Positions 38,596 to 53,573 of a stretch of DNA of 64,000 nucleotides are shown piece after piece. The translations under genes were made by a program, and so were the position numbers. The notes beneath the pieces were generated by a model, which saw only the letters and a list, made by a program, of their open reading frames with translations, searched no databases and had not been told where the DNA came from. This stretch comes from Octopus vulgaris (Eukaryota). The stretch is taken from contig OX597814.1 in assembly GCA_951406725.2 (NCBI GenBank), positions 194,556,001 through 194,620,000 on the forward strand, read 5' to 3'. Every line of letters begins with the position of its first letter. Within the stretch, counting starts at the first letter, position 1.

Positions 38596-38639
38596 TCAGC
38601 TGGACCGGTTTCAATATTTGAGATTTCATCAATAACTGA
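38596..38639 (-). ncRNA. Minimal hammerhead motif with C3U change
   Basis: Minus strand: tcagtta-TTGATGA-aat(ctcaaat)att-GAAA-ccgGTC-cagctga. Stem I is 6/7 paired; stem III is palindromic ACCGGT. Confidence 0.6.
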
Positions 38640-39715
38640 CAGCTCTTCGATTTGACACTGAAAATTTCTACAAATTCAGTTTTTCGGGCCAATTATGAAA
38701 TTCCACGACCGTTTTTGGCGAAATTGACAAGGGTTTTAGATTAAGAGATAAGGTTAATGTTGAGGGAAACGTAATTGACCAGTAGTTTGTTTTAACGATT
38801 CGAAGGGGAAACCATATGGTTGCAAAGCGAGCTTTCTAACCACACAGCCATGCCTACGCCTATACGTGTGTATGTGTGTCAACATACACTATCAGTGAGG
38901 CATAAATATTTTAGTATATTAAGTTAAACACGTTTTGCAGCTTGCGAGAGGAAGTCTTGAAATGATAGCAACATGTTTAGTTTAAGGAGAACTTGAGAAG
39001 TTAATGGATAACACCAGGCGATGAAGACAAAATATAAATTTAAGGGTAAAAAACGTGAATGAAATAGTAGAAAGAAAATCGAGACGTAAGTATTATTAAT
39101 TACTTGCTGGTATATTAGTGACATTTTTTGTTTTAATGCTATATTTTTATACGACAGAGTATATCTATAGATTTTAACCAACACTTATGTAATCTTTTTA
39201 AGCATGTTGTTTCTCGATACAATAACGTCAGACAGAAGATACTGTATTATCCTGAAACAAAACATTAACGCACTTGTAACTTATTATTCAAACTAGCTGC
39301 CAAGAGAGCGTTATGGTATGCAAATCGGTCTATTCAACTTATTGAAACCCTTGCGAATACAGGGTTTATGTGTCTCTGTGGATAGGTAAAGAGAGTACTC
39401 AGTTGCTGATGGAATCCCAACAGGATTGAAGTTAATCCGGCTAATCGCTCTTTTTCTCGTCTGCGAAGATATTTTAAGTAGGGACAAAGTATCTACTACA
39501 TAATGTTGACTAAAATCTACTGCAGTACAGTCGAAAGGGTAAAAGTAAATGGCTTAGAAATACACAAGCTCAGCTTTTAACGGTCCCTTTCTCATTTTGA
39601 TACATCCGCGAAATACAAACTCGTGCAAAGATTACGATTCTTATATCCGAAGAGGAAAGTAATATCACTAACCCACATACATTTATCCAAACGCACAACT
39701 TATATATTCATCCAA

Positions 39716-40538
39716 GGATCTTTTCGGTTTGAACGGCAGTTTTTAAAATAATTTCCACGTAAAGGAGTGGCTGTGTGGTAAGTAGCTTGCTAACCAGCCA
39801 CATGGTTCTGGGTTCAGTCCCACTGCGTGGCATCTTGGGCAAATGTCTTCTGCTATAGCCTCGGGCCGACCAAAGCCTTGTGAGTGGATTTGGTAGACGG
39901 AAACTGAAAGAAGCCTGTCGTATATATGTATATATATATGTATGTGTATGTATATGTTTGTGTGTCTGTGTTTGTCCCTCTAGCATTGCTTGACAGCCGA
40001 TGCTGGTGTGTTTACGTCCCCGTCACTTAGCGGTTCGGCAAAAGACACCGATAGAATAAGTACTGGGCTTACAAAGAATAAGTCCCGGGGTCGATTTGCT
40101 CGACTAAAGGCGGTGCTCCAGTATGGCCGCAGTCAAATGACTGAAACAAGTAAAAGAGTAAAAGAGTAAAGAGAGTAACTAAACACTTTAAACTTCGTAT
40201 ACTGGTAGAATGTGTTTATAAAACATCTTTTTCTCTTGGCTTTATTGAGAAAATTCTATAGTTTGTAAGATAGTTTTTTTTTCTTCAATTTCTGCAATTT
40301 CAACCAATCAATGACGTCTATTGAGGTGAAAACATTCTGTGCCGTATGAAAATGTCCCTCATTTAAGAAACAGATTGGGTTTATTTACATTTCTGAAGAA
40401 AAAGATACCCTTCCCCACCCCTAACTCTAACCCTAAAACAAATTGAAACGCAATAGATCGATACTAGGGTCATAATTATGGGTGACAATTTCATATGACA
40501 CCGCTAGAAAAAAACTGCCATTCAAACCAAAAAGATCC
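39716..40538. mobile_element. GGATC-TIR MITE interrupted by SINE B
   Basis: Perfect 9-bp TSD ttcatccaa (39707-39715, 40539-40547). Confidence 0.9.
39763..40175 (+). mobile_element. SINE family B, full length, inserted in a MITE
   Basis: Complete head to tail; splits the MITE sequence ccacg|taactaaacac. Confidence 0.9.
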
Positions 40539-41033
40539 TTCATCCAAAATCGTTTTACTCTCTGTAAAATAGCGTGACCAGATAGGCGAAGTAAAGAAAA
40601 AATTTGAAGTAGAGGAATACCAGAAAGGAAACTCAGATTAAATTTCGTTCTGCGACATTGTTAACGAAATTCCATTCCTACTTCCACAGCCTTCACACTG
40701 AAGTGCTTTGCCAGTTGCGTATAGTAATATTCAGCGACATACATAAAAAGTTACATAGATGTCTTTAAGTACATTTCCTTTCAAAACAATTCTACATAAA
40801 CGGTCTGTCCAATATAGTCGTCATCTGAACAAACTTAAATGTTAATGTACATGTATATTTAACGCCACAATTACTCGACCGAGGAAAGTTGACAAAGTTG
40901 ATATGTATAGGGTGGAGTGTGGGGGTAGCAGGTCAAAGTCAGTTTCGTAAAAAGTTTAATAAGGGTATATATTCTTCTTAAAAGTACTGCGTGATCCTTC
41001 AGTATTATGAATGGTTTTATAAACTTGATGTAA

Positions 41034-41101
<68 letters not shown>

Positions 41102-41924
41102 CAGAGCATGGCCGAATTTTTATACATATATAAGTGGCTTTACCAGTTCCCTTTGAATAGGTAATCCCAAGATTTATGTGTGGTATGTGTATATTACTTC
41201 CTGTAATGTGCAAACATTACACACATATCACAAAGCAATACCATGTTATTTCTTCAAAAGAAACCGCCTAAACTCTAAGAAACCATTGAAAAAGGATGCT
41301 TAACTTGATTTTTCACACATCCACCCACCATTATTATTTCTTCACTGTATCCACTGAAGGTAGACAGAGGGGAGGGCGTCATTTTTTTTTTTCTTTTTAC
41401 CCAAAGGGGAGACGCTGTCTTGAAATTTCTAATCTTTTTACCGCCTTTTGATATACAACCGTTGACGGAAAACTGAGACTCGCTTAACATATGTATTGTA
41501 TACTATTCATACATTTGTATGTATGAATATTTAAATTATATGTGCGAATATTAAATATTATATGTATTGCAGAGATGGGAGAAAGGGATATTTTATGAGA
41601 AGGCGAGAGAGGGGACTGTTTGATTATATTTCACCCTCACCCACCCCACACACATACTGGTGTAGGGTGCAACTGGGCGAGGTTTGATGGTATGTTTGAA
41701 TTCTTGCAAAAGAGGTGAGCAGGCATACAATCAAAGGTGGAGCTAACAGTGATTATCCCATCTACTTGTATTTCTATGGCTCATGTGTCCATTCTAAAAA
41801 GAGGGTACAAAGGGCTTAATTGGATAAAGTGTTTTCCTAGATATGATTCACGGTGAGTAATGACAGAATAGGTAGATTTAGACGACAGAATAGAGTCTGC
41901 AATTCAGAAAAATAGAGATTATTC

Positions 41925-42342
41925 GGGTCTTTACCTTTTGACGTACAGATTTAAAAAATAATTTTTAAACAATTTCAAACTTCGGACACTGGTAGAATGT
42001 GTCATATGAAACATCTTTTACTCTTAACATTTTTGAAAAAAACTTATATTTAGGAAGTTATTTCACGTTAAAGTTGTAGTGTTTCGGTAATTTCAACCAA
42101 TCAATGACTGAATAAAATTACTGCTGTTTTTGTGACAAACAGCAGTAATTTTATTCAGTCATTGATTGGTTGAAATTACCGAAATAGGACAACTTTAATA
42201 ACTCCATAAATATGAGTTTTTCTCAAAAATGCAAAGAGTAAAACATGTTTTATATGACACATTCTACAAGTCCGACGATTGAAAGTGTTTAGTTACAAAA
42301 ATTTTTTTTTTTTTTAATCTGTACGTCAAAAGGTAAAGATCC
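41925..42342. mobile_element. GGATC-TIR MITE, palindromic subfamily
   Basis: Arms meet at ctgctgtttttgtgacaaacagcag; TSD gattattc/gactattc. Confidence 0.85.
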
Positions 42343-44327
42343 GACTATTCTTGTAATATGTTCTTGGCCTCGGGTAAAATTTCGAAATTTGACGAATCCA
42401 TCTGGGAAAAACAGAAACGGTTTAAATCTAAAGACTAAAACAATAATTTAAAAAATTGCATTCCTGTGAGTTAATCAAACTGTAGGTTATTTTTCCCAAC
42501 ACAGATAATTTTACACTTGTTCTTAAGTACTAACATTTTGCTCTTAGTAAGAAAAAGATTCCTCCACTCCTGTTGCAATGAAAACAAGAATATAATGCTA
42601 TCTGATTGATAACTTATTTCATCCACCTTGAATATGTGAAAAAAGCAGAGTCGATCTTGATATCATTTCAACTCACAAAATTTGATTACAAAAATGGATG
42701 TTGCATAAGATTTCTTATTTGCTATTGAGAACACAAAATAAATTGGCAATTTGTTTGGAACATAATTCCCTCTGCGGATCTCACGGTGACTTGATTTCAC
42801 ATCAAGTCTCATTAGGTTTGGATAGCAGTGACAGCATCAGAAGGGCTTTATATATGGTAAAGGGAGAGAGTATATACACACATAAAATGTACTGGGTTTA
42901 GCTTCTCAGTTGATACTCTTGGGGAAAGACATTATCATTATAATTTTTAATAACTTTGCTTATACAATATGAGATTTCGCACAATAAATAGCATAGCAGA
43001 CTGCAAAAACGTCCTTAGAAATTTAGGAAACCGTCAACAAAGACTTAGAATGTATGTAACTTGAAGAGGGTTGAATCTTACAAGGCAGAGGTTTCATTAA
43101 AAAAATTTGGAGGCCTCACGAGATAAAGTATCATTTTTTTTTCCCCTAGAAAATGATGATCAGCTTCTTCAAAATCGGTTGCTATGTTCTGTGATGTGTA
43201 TTCTCTCTTAATTTTTTAATTCAGAGTAACATGAGCTCTCTTCAAAACAGAGGTTTGAGTGCCTCGATCTTTAGAAAATCGTTTGCTTCGCGAGAAAAGT
43301 TTGGGAATTACAGTATTAAATTAAGTTATATATTTTCGTTTCTTTGTAATTTCATTTCGAAATATTTCACTTTACCCAGTATAAAGCATGATTTAACAAA
43401 ATTAACGAGATACTTTCAGACCAAGCAGAAAGTTAGCTTCGTCATGATGTTGGAAGAACGCAAATGTTGAATGAAATATCCAAAAACAAATATATTGAAA
43501 TACTGGGTACCTTTCGACATTATAATAAAATAGGAATGATTTCACGACTCTATGAAGCTTTAGAATCGAAAGCAAGCGTCATATATAATTTCTTACTATC
43601 AACCACAGAATAATTTGCCCCAGTAGAATAGACTCCAACTAGATGTTTTATATAATCTAGTGTGGACCTGTTGCATATTTCAAAATCGTAGCACGTTAAA
43701 AAAAATCTCAGACCCACTTCACCCTTCAATCACCTCTATGAGATAAGTAGTAGAATATACAAGAAAATTGGCGAAGAGGTATAACCTCTTTCCGACGAAG
43801 ATTGCTCAAGAGTTTCAAAGGCCCTTTCATTCCGTTTCCATTGGGTGACAAACTGAAAATACTTGGGCACTTATTTGAAGATTTTCTAAACCTATCGCCA
43901 ATTTTCCAGGTTCCCGAAAGACTAGTTTTTTTGTTGTCTTTTCTTTTTCTTTTGACAGGAGGCGGAATTAAACAACTTAAGATATCTCACCAGGCACTCC
44001 AACAATTATTTGAATCCAATGACCTGGAGTGGTACTTTATCGAAATACCGCAAGAAATTCATTGTCAACCATTTCAAAGACTCGCTACCAATTTCTCATA
44101 ATGGTTTTGCTCAAAATATTATACCCGTAGGAATAATATTCACCTGTATGTAGGTGCACAGAATCTTCAAGTAAGTTACCTGAACATCCTGTGCACCTTC
44201 AGGTGAAATTCTGAGTAGGAAGAGACTGACTTGACCAAAATAATGTGTCTGTGTAAATCTGCAGCCACGACCGTGGGTTTTGGATTTTTAAAAAAAAGAT
44301 CCACCAAGCTAATCAAGCATGTACACA

Positions 44328-44358
<31 letters not shown>

Positions 44359-44689
44359 CAAAAAAAAACATTGTTGTGAACAGGAAAACAATACGCTAGG
44401 GCCGTTAAGAATAATCTAGGCATGAACCCATACGTTCAAAGAGTCACTACCTCTCTAAAGCTATTAGAACTGAGAGAGCCTTAAAGCTTTTCAATAAGTA
44501 CATGACTTGAGAAGTGGGAATTTCAACGACAATTCGTAGTCAGCCAAGTGATTAATTGTTCCAACTACAGGGTTTATTGTGTTCAAGCCATTCGAAATTT
44601 TTGCTATCGTGCAAATCAAGAATCCGGTCTCAATGATGGTGCTTTGATTTGTTGCATGAGACTGACATGCGATGCAAAATCATTTTATC

Positions 44690-44940
44690 AAACATCAACA
44701 TAGGCTATTTGAACATCATTGAGTCTGAATATGGTTATGTCACTCATGACTCTGCACCAACCACAGGGTTCAGAGAGCGTGCAGAATTATTTCTAAGTGA
44801 AATTACCACTGTTTGTCCCCAAGAAAATCTGGCCTTTGAACTCACCAGATCTGAATCCACGAGACTTAGATATGGAGTGTCATTGAAGAGAAAATAACTT
44901 CTGGCAGTGTCGCTACACTGAAGGCGTCCATGTCAATAAA
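44690..44940 (+). pseudogene. Degraded maT/Tc1 transposase fragment
   Basis: DSAP and IWPLNSPDLNPRD..IWSVIEEK motifs across frameshifts. Confidence 0.7.
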
Positions 44941-45129
44941 TGAAGAGTTTCACATCTGTATTCAATTGATTATAACTGTTGATGGTGGACATACTTAGCA
45001 CTCTTGTTTTGTCATGACAAATAAGCACACGAAGTTCCATGCATCTATCTTTAATACACCATAGTTACAGGCTCTTACAACAATCTCAATTTAGCAATCC
45101 AATCCAGTAATGTGTGTGTGTGTGTGATA

Positions 45130-45365
45130 TAATCAGGTTTACGTATGCTTTTCTATACTGTTGTGAGTTGGACGAGTCAGTTGTAACACAACCTCCCTCC
45201 GTTTGTGGCTGTTTGCCATATTCTGAGTGAGGCTCTACATCCAGAGATCACTCCAAGCCATTTCTTCCCACATCTTTTTCGGCCTTCCTCTTCCGCAGAC
45301 TCTCATTGTTGACCCAACTATCATTATTCACGTGCATTACATATCCATACCATTACAATTTTCCT
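45130..45365 (-). mobile_element. Old RTE-like LINE 3' fragment
   Basis: WYGY and GRGRPKKMW motifs on the minus strand. Confidence 0.5.
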
Positions 45366-45469
45366 ATAAAGAGACCCCTACTCCTCTGAATAAATGACTA
45401 TGTTCCTAAATAAAGACCCGACACTGTGATACATATCGTTCGACAGAAATTACTCAGATGCACGATTAT

Positions 45470-45747
45470 GGGAATCTTTCGTTTTATGTACATATAATGA
45501 CGGTTAGATCGTCCAAAATAACATCAATGTAAAAATGGCATCGGGTAAACTAAATTCAGAAGAGATTGTCCTCAGTTCCATATATATTTACTTTTGATGA
45601 AACTCCATATTCCTTCTATTCTGTTTGTATATAATGTTGAATCGTTGTGGGCGACAAAATAACGACTAGGTTACTATGTAAATGGTTTAGCAGTTACTTT
45701 CCTTTCACTTTATCTGTCATTATATGTACGCAATACGAAAGATCGCC
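45470..45747. mobile_element. Old MITE related to the ggcgatctttcg family
   Basis: gggaatctttcgttttatgtacatataatga / tcattatatgtacgcaatacgaaagatcgcc; no clear TSD. Confidence 0.6.
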
Positions 45748-46875
45748 TACACTTTCAAATTGTGTCAACATTTTCACAGAATGAGTCGAACCGCCACCAA
45801 CTAGTGAATACTCATAATAACGAAAACAAACCAACTTCATTCAGCGATCAGAAACGTCCGATTCGGTCAATCGTATGTAGAACAGATAGTGCCACTTTAG
45901 CGCGTAGTCCGCTAACCATTTACAATTTGGCGTAATTTTAACCCTAATCCTAACGAAAATCACATCATTTCACAGCGTAAACTACGGATAGCGCGGTAGA
46001 CCGCACGCTAAGTAGCATTAACATAAAGCGCGACGGGCCACGATCGTGGCCGTCAGGCACAGGTCGACAGGCCACGATCGTGACCCAGATAGATGCATTT
46101 AATTTATGGGCGTTAGTTGAGGTCTAATCACTCAAACGCTTCGATACCCCACAGAATGCAAGAGGACTAATAGTTCAACTAATGACTTTTCAGATAATGT
46201 AAAATTTGCCACCATTATATACTAAGGAGATATTTTAACTATTTTGTGTGTGCACGGTAGTCTCATTTTCATAAAATGTGCTCAGCAATCCATACTATGT
46301 AAATGCAAATCCCAGCGCATTATGGGTTAAGCAGATATCGATTCAAGATCCGATTTAATCGTATCACAAACCTATTCTCACACACAACCTATGCACCAAC
46401 TAGAAATAATCTACAAATCTTCAGATCCAGGTTCTATCCGATCTTAGCCTTCTACTGTATTCTCGCGTAAATCCAATACCTTATGAGAAGAATTTTATAG
46501 ACGGAAATTGTATGAAGCCCATTGGAAAGAATGTATCTTTAATTTAACAGATCATCTTTGTCATATAGTGTCTTGCTGATCCTACCTGAGTCAGAAAGTC
46601 TGCTGAACACACAACCTTACAGATACACAATTAAAAAGGTTATACATATATGTATGCGTATACATGTTTACATATATGTATATGCATAATTAAAGCATGC
46701 ATGAACGTTTATATATGCACATAAACATTAAAGATTGATTTCCATATGTAGACAGACGGACGGACGGATAGAGAAAGATGGACGTAAATTGATTGGTGAA
46801 AATAAAGATAGATATGGATAGATTATAGATACATGGGTGTAGAAAGACTGGTCGATATTCCTCTCATGCAAATTG

Positions 46876-47292
46876 GGATCTTTTCGGTTTGAACGGCAGT
46901 TTTTTAAAATAATTTCCACGTAACTAAACACTTTTAAACTTCGTATACTGGTAGAATGTGTTTATAAAACATCTTTTTCTCTTGGCTTTATTGAGAAAAG
47001 TCTATAGTTTCTAAGATATTTGTTGTTTTCTTTTCCTTCAATTTCTGCAATTTCAACCAATCAATGACGTCTATTGAGGTGAAAACATTGTGTGCCATAT
47101 GAATATGTCCCTCGTTTAAGAAACATTGGGTTTATTTACATTTCTAAAGAAGAAAAAGATACCCTTCCCCCCCTCCCCACCCTAACCCTAAAACAGATTG
47201 AAACGCAATAGATCGATTCTAGGGTCATAATTATGGGTGACAATGTCATATGACACTGCTAGAAAAAACTGCCGTTCAAACCGAAAAGATCC
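46876..47292. mobile_element. GGATC-TIR MITE
   Basis: Perfect 8-bp TSD gcaaattg. Confidence 0.9.
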
Positions 47293-48229
47293 GCAAATTG
47301 TATTTTCATGCAACAGTTTACTCAAGTGCTCAATTAACTAAAAACTAGTTACACATGGTCTATGTTTGTCTGAACTAACGTTCATACACACGTACTATAC
47401 ATACACACACATGCATTCATTACGTTGGCGCAGTCGTAGCGGTGTGGACAGAAGAAACTTTCTTCCCAACCACATGGTTCCGGGTTCAGTTCCGCCGCAT
47501 GGCACCTTAGGCAAGTGTCTTCTGTTATGGTATCGAGCCAAGTCTTGTGAGTGGATTTGGTAGACAGAAATTGAAAGAAGTCCGTTGTGTGTGTGTATGT
47601 GTGATCCCCGCCCATTTTGAACTTTTCAGTTCTGGATTTTCTTTATTTTTTTTATTCTCCTGTTTGTCATTTAACTGCAGCCATGCTGGAGCACAGCCTT
47701 GAAGGGTTTTAATCAAACGAATTGACCCCCAGGACTTATTTTTTAAAACCTACTAGTTATTCTATCGTCCTCTTGCCGAACCGCTAAGTTAAGGGGACGT
47801 AAACGCACCATCACCGGTTGACACGCTAGAAAATTTCTGACTATTCTATAGGAAAACCCATACATATTCAGAGAGAGAGGGAGACAGACAGACGGGTAGA
47901 ATGTCTTGAAGTACTTATTCCGTCCCTCTCACAGAGTTCAGATTCCGCTAAGGTAAATGTTGCCTTACATTCTTTCGTGGTCGATCAATAAAGTACTAGT
48001 CTAATACAAGAATCGAATCCTTACTTTCTCTCTAGGAATGTACTCTTAATTCACCATGTTCGACCCAGTCATCCAAAGCTTTGTTGATTCAGCGTTATGG
48101 ATACACGTGTTGGAGAAATAGCCAGTCACTTCCACGTTAATTACACGAACAGGAACTTATTGGGTCGAACTGAATGCTCATCGTCGAAACCGGTGAAGAA
48201 TCTATAACACGTGCGCACGCATATATATA

Positions 48230-48456
48230 AAAACATGCACGCATACATACATAAGTACAAACACCCAGTCCATGCATGTTTATGTATAAACATACATGCT
48301 TTCATACATACATACATACATCATACATACATACATACATATATATATACACACATACATATATATATACACACACACATACATATATATACACACATAC
48401 ATATATATATACACACATACATACATACATATATATATATACACACACACGCATAC

Positions 48457-48487
<31 letters not shown>

Positions 48488-48507
48488 TATATATATATAT
48501 ACATATA

Positions 48508-48555
<48 letters not shown>

Positions 48556-48720
48556 ATATATATATATATATATACACATACATACATATACGCATTCTCA
48601 TTTATAAAACGTATATGCATTCAGATATAAACGTAGATTTATAAAGGTATATACACATATATACATACAAGAATATATGAAAATATATATAAATACTGAT
48701 GAATATATACTGATATAAAC
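48230..48720. repeat. Compound (TA)/(CA)/(TACA) microsatellite
   Basis: Seen directly. Confidence 0.95.
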
Positions 48721-49387
48721 ACACGAATACATGGACATAAAAGTTACACAGGAGCTTAAAATAAAATGATACATTAATTTAATACTAAATTCGACAACAG
48801 ATCTCCAAATTTAAAAAGAATATCACATAAACTTCGTTTTTTTTTTCTTTTTCCTGCTTTTAAATGACAAAACTTTCAACGAACAAAAAATAAACATGAA
48901 ATAAATATGAAGGTTAACGGTTCGAATCTAGTCTAAAATAGTAAATGAAAGAAATGTAATAAAGATGATTAAATTAGTTTATAATTATGATCGTTATCAG
49001 AAAAAAGTTAGGCAAATAAAACAGAAATATATATATATAAATATATAGTATATATATTCAATCTAACCTGTTGTGTGAATTTGTCCAGAAAGTAAGAGAA
49101 TCAACGAACATACATCATTGTAGAGGGGATTCCCACGAACTGTTGGCTGCTGTGGGGTAAATGGTGCGTTGAGGTGAGCGCATGTATGTATGTTTATATG
49201 TTACTACTAATGACATGTGTGCGTGTTTGTGTCTAGTTATGTGTGCGTGAGTTTTGCGTGTTTCGTCTGTTTTCTTTGTCTATTTCCACCGTTTTCTGTC
49301 TCGTCCTTTCACCTTCTCTCTCTCTCTCTCTCTCTCCCTCTTCACCTCTGTTTCCCTTTCTCTCTCTTTCTCTGTGTGTGTGTGTGT

Positions 49388-49501
49388 GTATTATATATTT
49401 ATTTATATATAAATATATATTATATATATATTTATATATATATTTATATATTATATTTATATATTATATATTATATATATATATTTATATATTATATATA
49501 T

Positions 49502-49532
<31 letters not shown>

Positions 49533-49935
49533 AATATATTATATATATACATATATATATTATATATATATAATATTTATTTATATATAAATATATATTT
49601 ATATATAAATATATATTTAAAATATTTAAATATATATATATATATAATATATAAATATATAAATATATATTTATATATTTATATATTATATATATATATA
49701 TTTATATATTATATATATTTATTTATATATAAATATACATTATATATATATTTATATATTATATATATATATTTATATATTATATATATATATATATATT
49801 TATATATTATATATATTTATTTATATATATATATATTATATATATTTATTTATATATATATTTATATATATATATATTTATTTGTAAATATAAATATATA
49901 TATATATCCATATATAAATATATCTATACAAAATA
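49388..49935. repeat. ~550 bp almost pure A/T low-complexity tract
   Basis: Seen directly. Confidence 0.95.
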
Positions 49936-50813
49936 TTACATACACACACACACACACACATAATTTTCTCTCTCAACAGCCCTTTTTCTTCTTCTTAACT
50001 CTTTCTCACTCAAACGCATTTTCTTTTATCTTTTTCATCCTCCTCTTTCACATTTCTCGGCAAATTCCTCTCTCATCTCTCTCCGCTCTTCATCCACATC
50101 AATTTCTCCTTGTAATTTATTTTTTTAATCATTTCCAACCTCACTCGGCTTCTATCTCTTCCTCATTCTCTCTCTGATCTTCTCTTATCCTTTCCTTTCT
50201 TTCTCATTCAATTCACTTTATATCCCTTTCAATTACTTCCTCTTTCTCTTTATTCCTTCCTTTTCACATACATTCTCTTTGTTCTTCCCGTTGAAGTTCT
50301 TTGTCTCTTTCTTACCCTCTCTTTCTTTCTCTCTCTACTTTCACTCTCTTTGTCTATTTAGTTGTTTTTTCCCCCACTCTCAATCTTTCTTTCGGGTCCA
50401 CTTATTCTCTCTTTTCTTGCTTATCCCGATATTGAATTAGGAAAGGGAACACTTTAGGGGTGTGGGCTACGTACGATGTGAATGTGTATGTATATATGTA
50501 TGCTGTATTCAAAGTTGTTTGCTTAAGCGTATACGACGTTGGGTGTCAGTATATGTATCCAGTTCCGAACAGTAACCACTATCTGACAGTATATGCTTAT
50601 AATCGCTTGTTTCAGGTCATTACTTTATGTATCTGTCTGTGTGTGTGTCGCCGCCACCGTCACCCTACTTCTACATGTACGTGTGTTTATTGGAGCAGTT
50701 TAATTGAGTTTATACGGTTATATATGTGTAAGTGTGTATACATATGTATAAATATATACATAATAAAGTATGTATACACACATATATATATATATATCTT
50801 ATATAGTATGTAT

Positions 50814-50850
<37 letters not shown>

Positions 50851-51702
50851 AAGTTTTATATAGTTTGTTTTCGTGTCAATTTGACTGTTACGCGTATGTA
50901 TGTATACAGGTATGTTAGCGTGTGTATTCAATGTTATCTGTTCAAACTTTTATATGTGAGCCCTGTTGTTGTTGTTATTGTTCTAGCTGGCAGAATCGTT
51001 AGTGAAGGGGAGGAGGCGACCTGCGGTCTTTGCTTCCGGCTCTTTACGTTCTCAGTTCAAATCCCAACGAAGTCAACTTTACCGTTCATCCATTTAGGGG
51101 TGATGAAATAAAGTATCAATTATGTATTTAGTAGATTGTATCGACTATCTCAAGACCCCATTCTCTTAAAACTGTAAGCCTTATTGCCTAAATTAGAAAT
51201 AATAATTATTGTTTTTAACCCGCCAGATTAGCCCTAATCAGGCAAACCTATCGCGTAAAAACTTGTCAAGCGTAGCAATCCCATCTATTATTGTTTTGTT
51301 TTTTTGTTGGATATTTTAAAATAATGAACATTGTGTTGTCACTTTTTTCAATGTTTCTAACAGACCAAATCAACGTACAGGCCACCCCTTCTGTTAAAAA
51401 AAGTTATTCCCATCTGGAACTCGCTTCCCGCCTCACTTTTTAAAAACCATTCTATCTCCAGTTTAAAAAACAAGCAAAAAAGTTTTTTTTTATTTTTGCA
51501 TCTGCCAAAATTCCGTAAGGGAAAAGCCCTGGCTTGACAATAAGCCCTACTGTTCCCAGCCCAGGTACAATTTATTAAATATTGAAGTTAGGACATTTTT
51601 ATGCTTAAATGGATAATCTAGATTATGCTTAAATATACACACACACATATATATACACACGCACATATATATACATATATATAGAAAGAGAAATGCGCTA
51701 TG

Positions 51703-51735
<33 letters not shown>

Positions 51736-52272
51736 ATTTAAGCATAATCTAGAATAACATTATCGAATACGTTCTTTATTTTAAAACAGTAGGATGTGAA
51801 ATGAAATTTGGCTTCTATTTCTAGCACATCGAGCGATCAAGTAGAGGCTGCCCCTCGTGTTTTGTCTTAGGCGTGTGTCTGCCATTGTATATGCAACGGC
51901 ATGCCTGAATGCATGGTTGGCTACATAACAGGCTATCAAACATTTTATCGGTTTCTTTGTGTCATGAAAAAAATAATACCGGTATGTGTGTGTGTGTGTG
52001 TAATTGTCACATAGGTATAAGGCCAGAAATTTTGGAGGGAAGGCGCAGTCGATTAATATTGACCCCAATACTTAGCTGGTACTTTTTCTCGACTCCAAAA
52101 GGATGAAATGCGAAGTTGACTTCAGAGGGATTTGAACTCAGAGCATAAAGAGACAGAACAAATTCAACAGGACATTTTGTCGGAGCCGATGTTCTTAAGA
52201 TTCGACCAGCGCATTTCACTCTCTATATATATATATGTATATGTGTGTATATGTATATATATGTATATGTGT

Positions 52273-52327
<55 letters not shown>

Positions 52328-52672
52328 TGTGTGTGTATATGTATATATATGTGTATATATGTCTGTGTATATATATGTGTGTGTCTATATATACATACAT
52401 ACATACATACATACATACATACATACGTACGTACGTACGTACGTATGTATGTATGTATGTATGTATATATGAATGTAGTAGTTCACTTGAAGCATTTTAA
52501 TACAAAAGTAGAATAAGAAATAAAAAAAGAAATTTAAAAAAAGCTTGTAACAAGGCAGAGTTTTAGAAAACCATTATATTTCGGGCACAACGGCCTCTCT
52601 TCAGAAACACTTTTTTTTATAAAAATTTACTGCATTGTTAGAATTTTTCTTTATTTCTCATTTTATTCATTA

Positions 52673-52721
<49 letters not shown>

Positions 52722-52887
52722 TATATAATATACATATACTGTATCTCGGGAAGGTCATTATGCCAGTAATTAACACATACGTACATATACTCAAATACAT
52801 ACACACTCGAAAAACGTATATCAAACACCAACCCAGATAAATTCTGGATTTAGTGAAATCAACTTCCTTTTGAGAGAAAAAATAAAC

Positions 52888-52928
<41 letters not shown>

Positions 52929-52933
<5 letters not shown>

Positions 52934-52985
52934 TTATCCGATGAAGGGATATAATAAATATCCTGGAAACAGCTGTAAGACCTAT
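52929..52985 (+). ncRNA. Hammerhead motif (CCGATGA core) in a (TA)n-flanked element
   Basis: ataggt..-CCGATGA-a-gggatat/atatcct-g-GAAA-cagctGTA-agacctat; same family as the 53.3 and 53.6 kb copies. Confidence 0.65.
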
Positions 52986-53042
52986 CTATAAATGTTCTAA
53001 TATCTACTCAACCTTGGTTTTTTTTTATCTCATTACGGAAAA

Positions 53043-53086
<44 letters not shown>

Positions 53087-53286
53087 GAGAGGTATTGGTA
53101 TCCAGAAGACCCAAGATGGCATTTAAGGTTATGTAAGTGCTACGGGAAGACCGTAGTTAGACTCTCGGTTCGATAATAATATGAATGAGGAGTCTAAAGC
53201 AGGTCTTGTGTAAGCATGTATATGTTAATTAAAATGAGACAACATAGCCAAGGTTGTGTGGATAGGACATTTATAAAGAGAAAGGT

Positions 53287-53337
53287 AGTCTTACAGCTGT
53301 TTCTGGGATATTAGTGATATCCCCTTCGTCAGAGACA
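53287..53337 (-). ncRNA. Type I minimal hammerhead ribozyme
   Basis: Minus strand: gtct-CTGACGA-ag-gggatat(cacta)atatccc-a-GAAA-cagctGTA-agac. Confidence 0.8.
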
Positions 53338-53573
53338 ACATGAGAGAGTTTACTAGAAGGAAATAGTAGAGTTCAATATAAGGAGTTATTTTGGAAAAAG
53401 ATGGATATAGGAAATATAAAAGAAAATAAGAGAATAAAAATAAAATTGAAAATATATGTACGATGTTACAGTTAATGCTTCTTGTCCATGGTATGTAGAT
53501 TCCGATAGGAGTTCATATTTTGTCATTACAAGTGGATAGTGTAGAAACATAAATTCCATATGCTGTTTCGCAT

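Noticed and set aside
43100-43800. Possible old LINE reverse transcriptase remnant
   Set aside because: Only faint motif echoes; too degraded to call by eye.
48211-48644. [12 protein letters not shown] ORFs here and at 425, 20901, 49217, 52132, 56886, 58330
   Set aside because: Translations of microsatellites.
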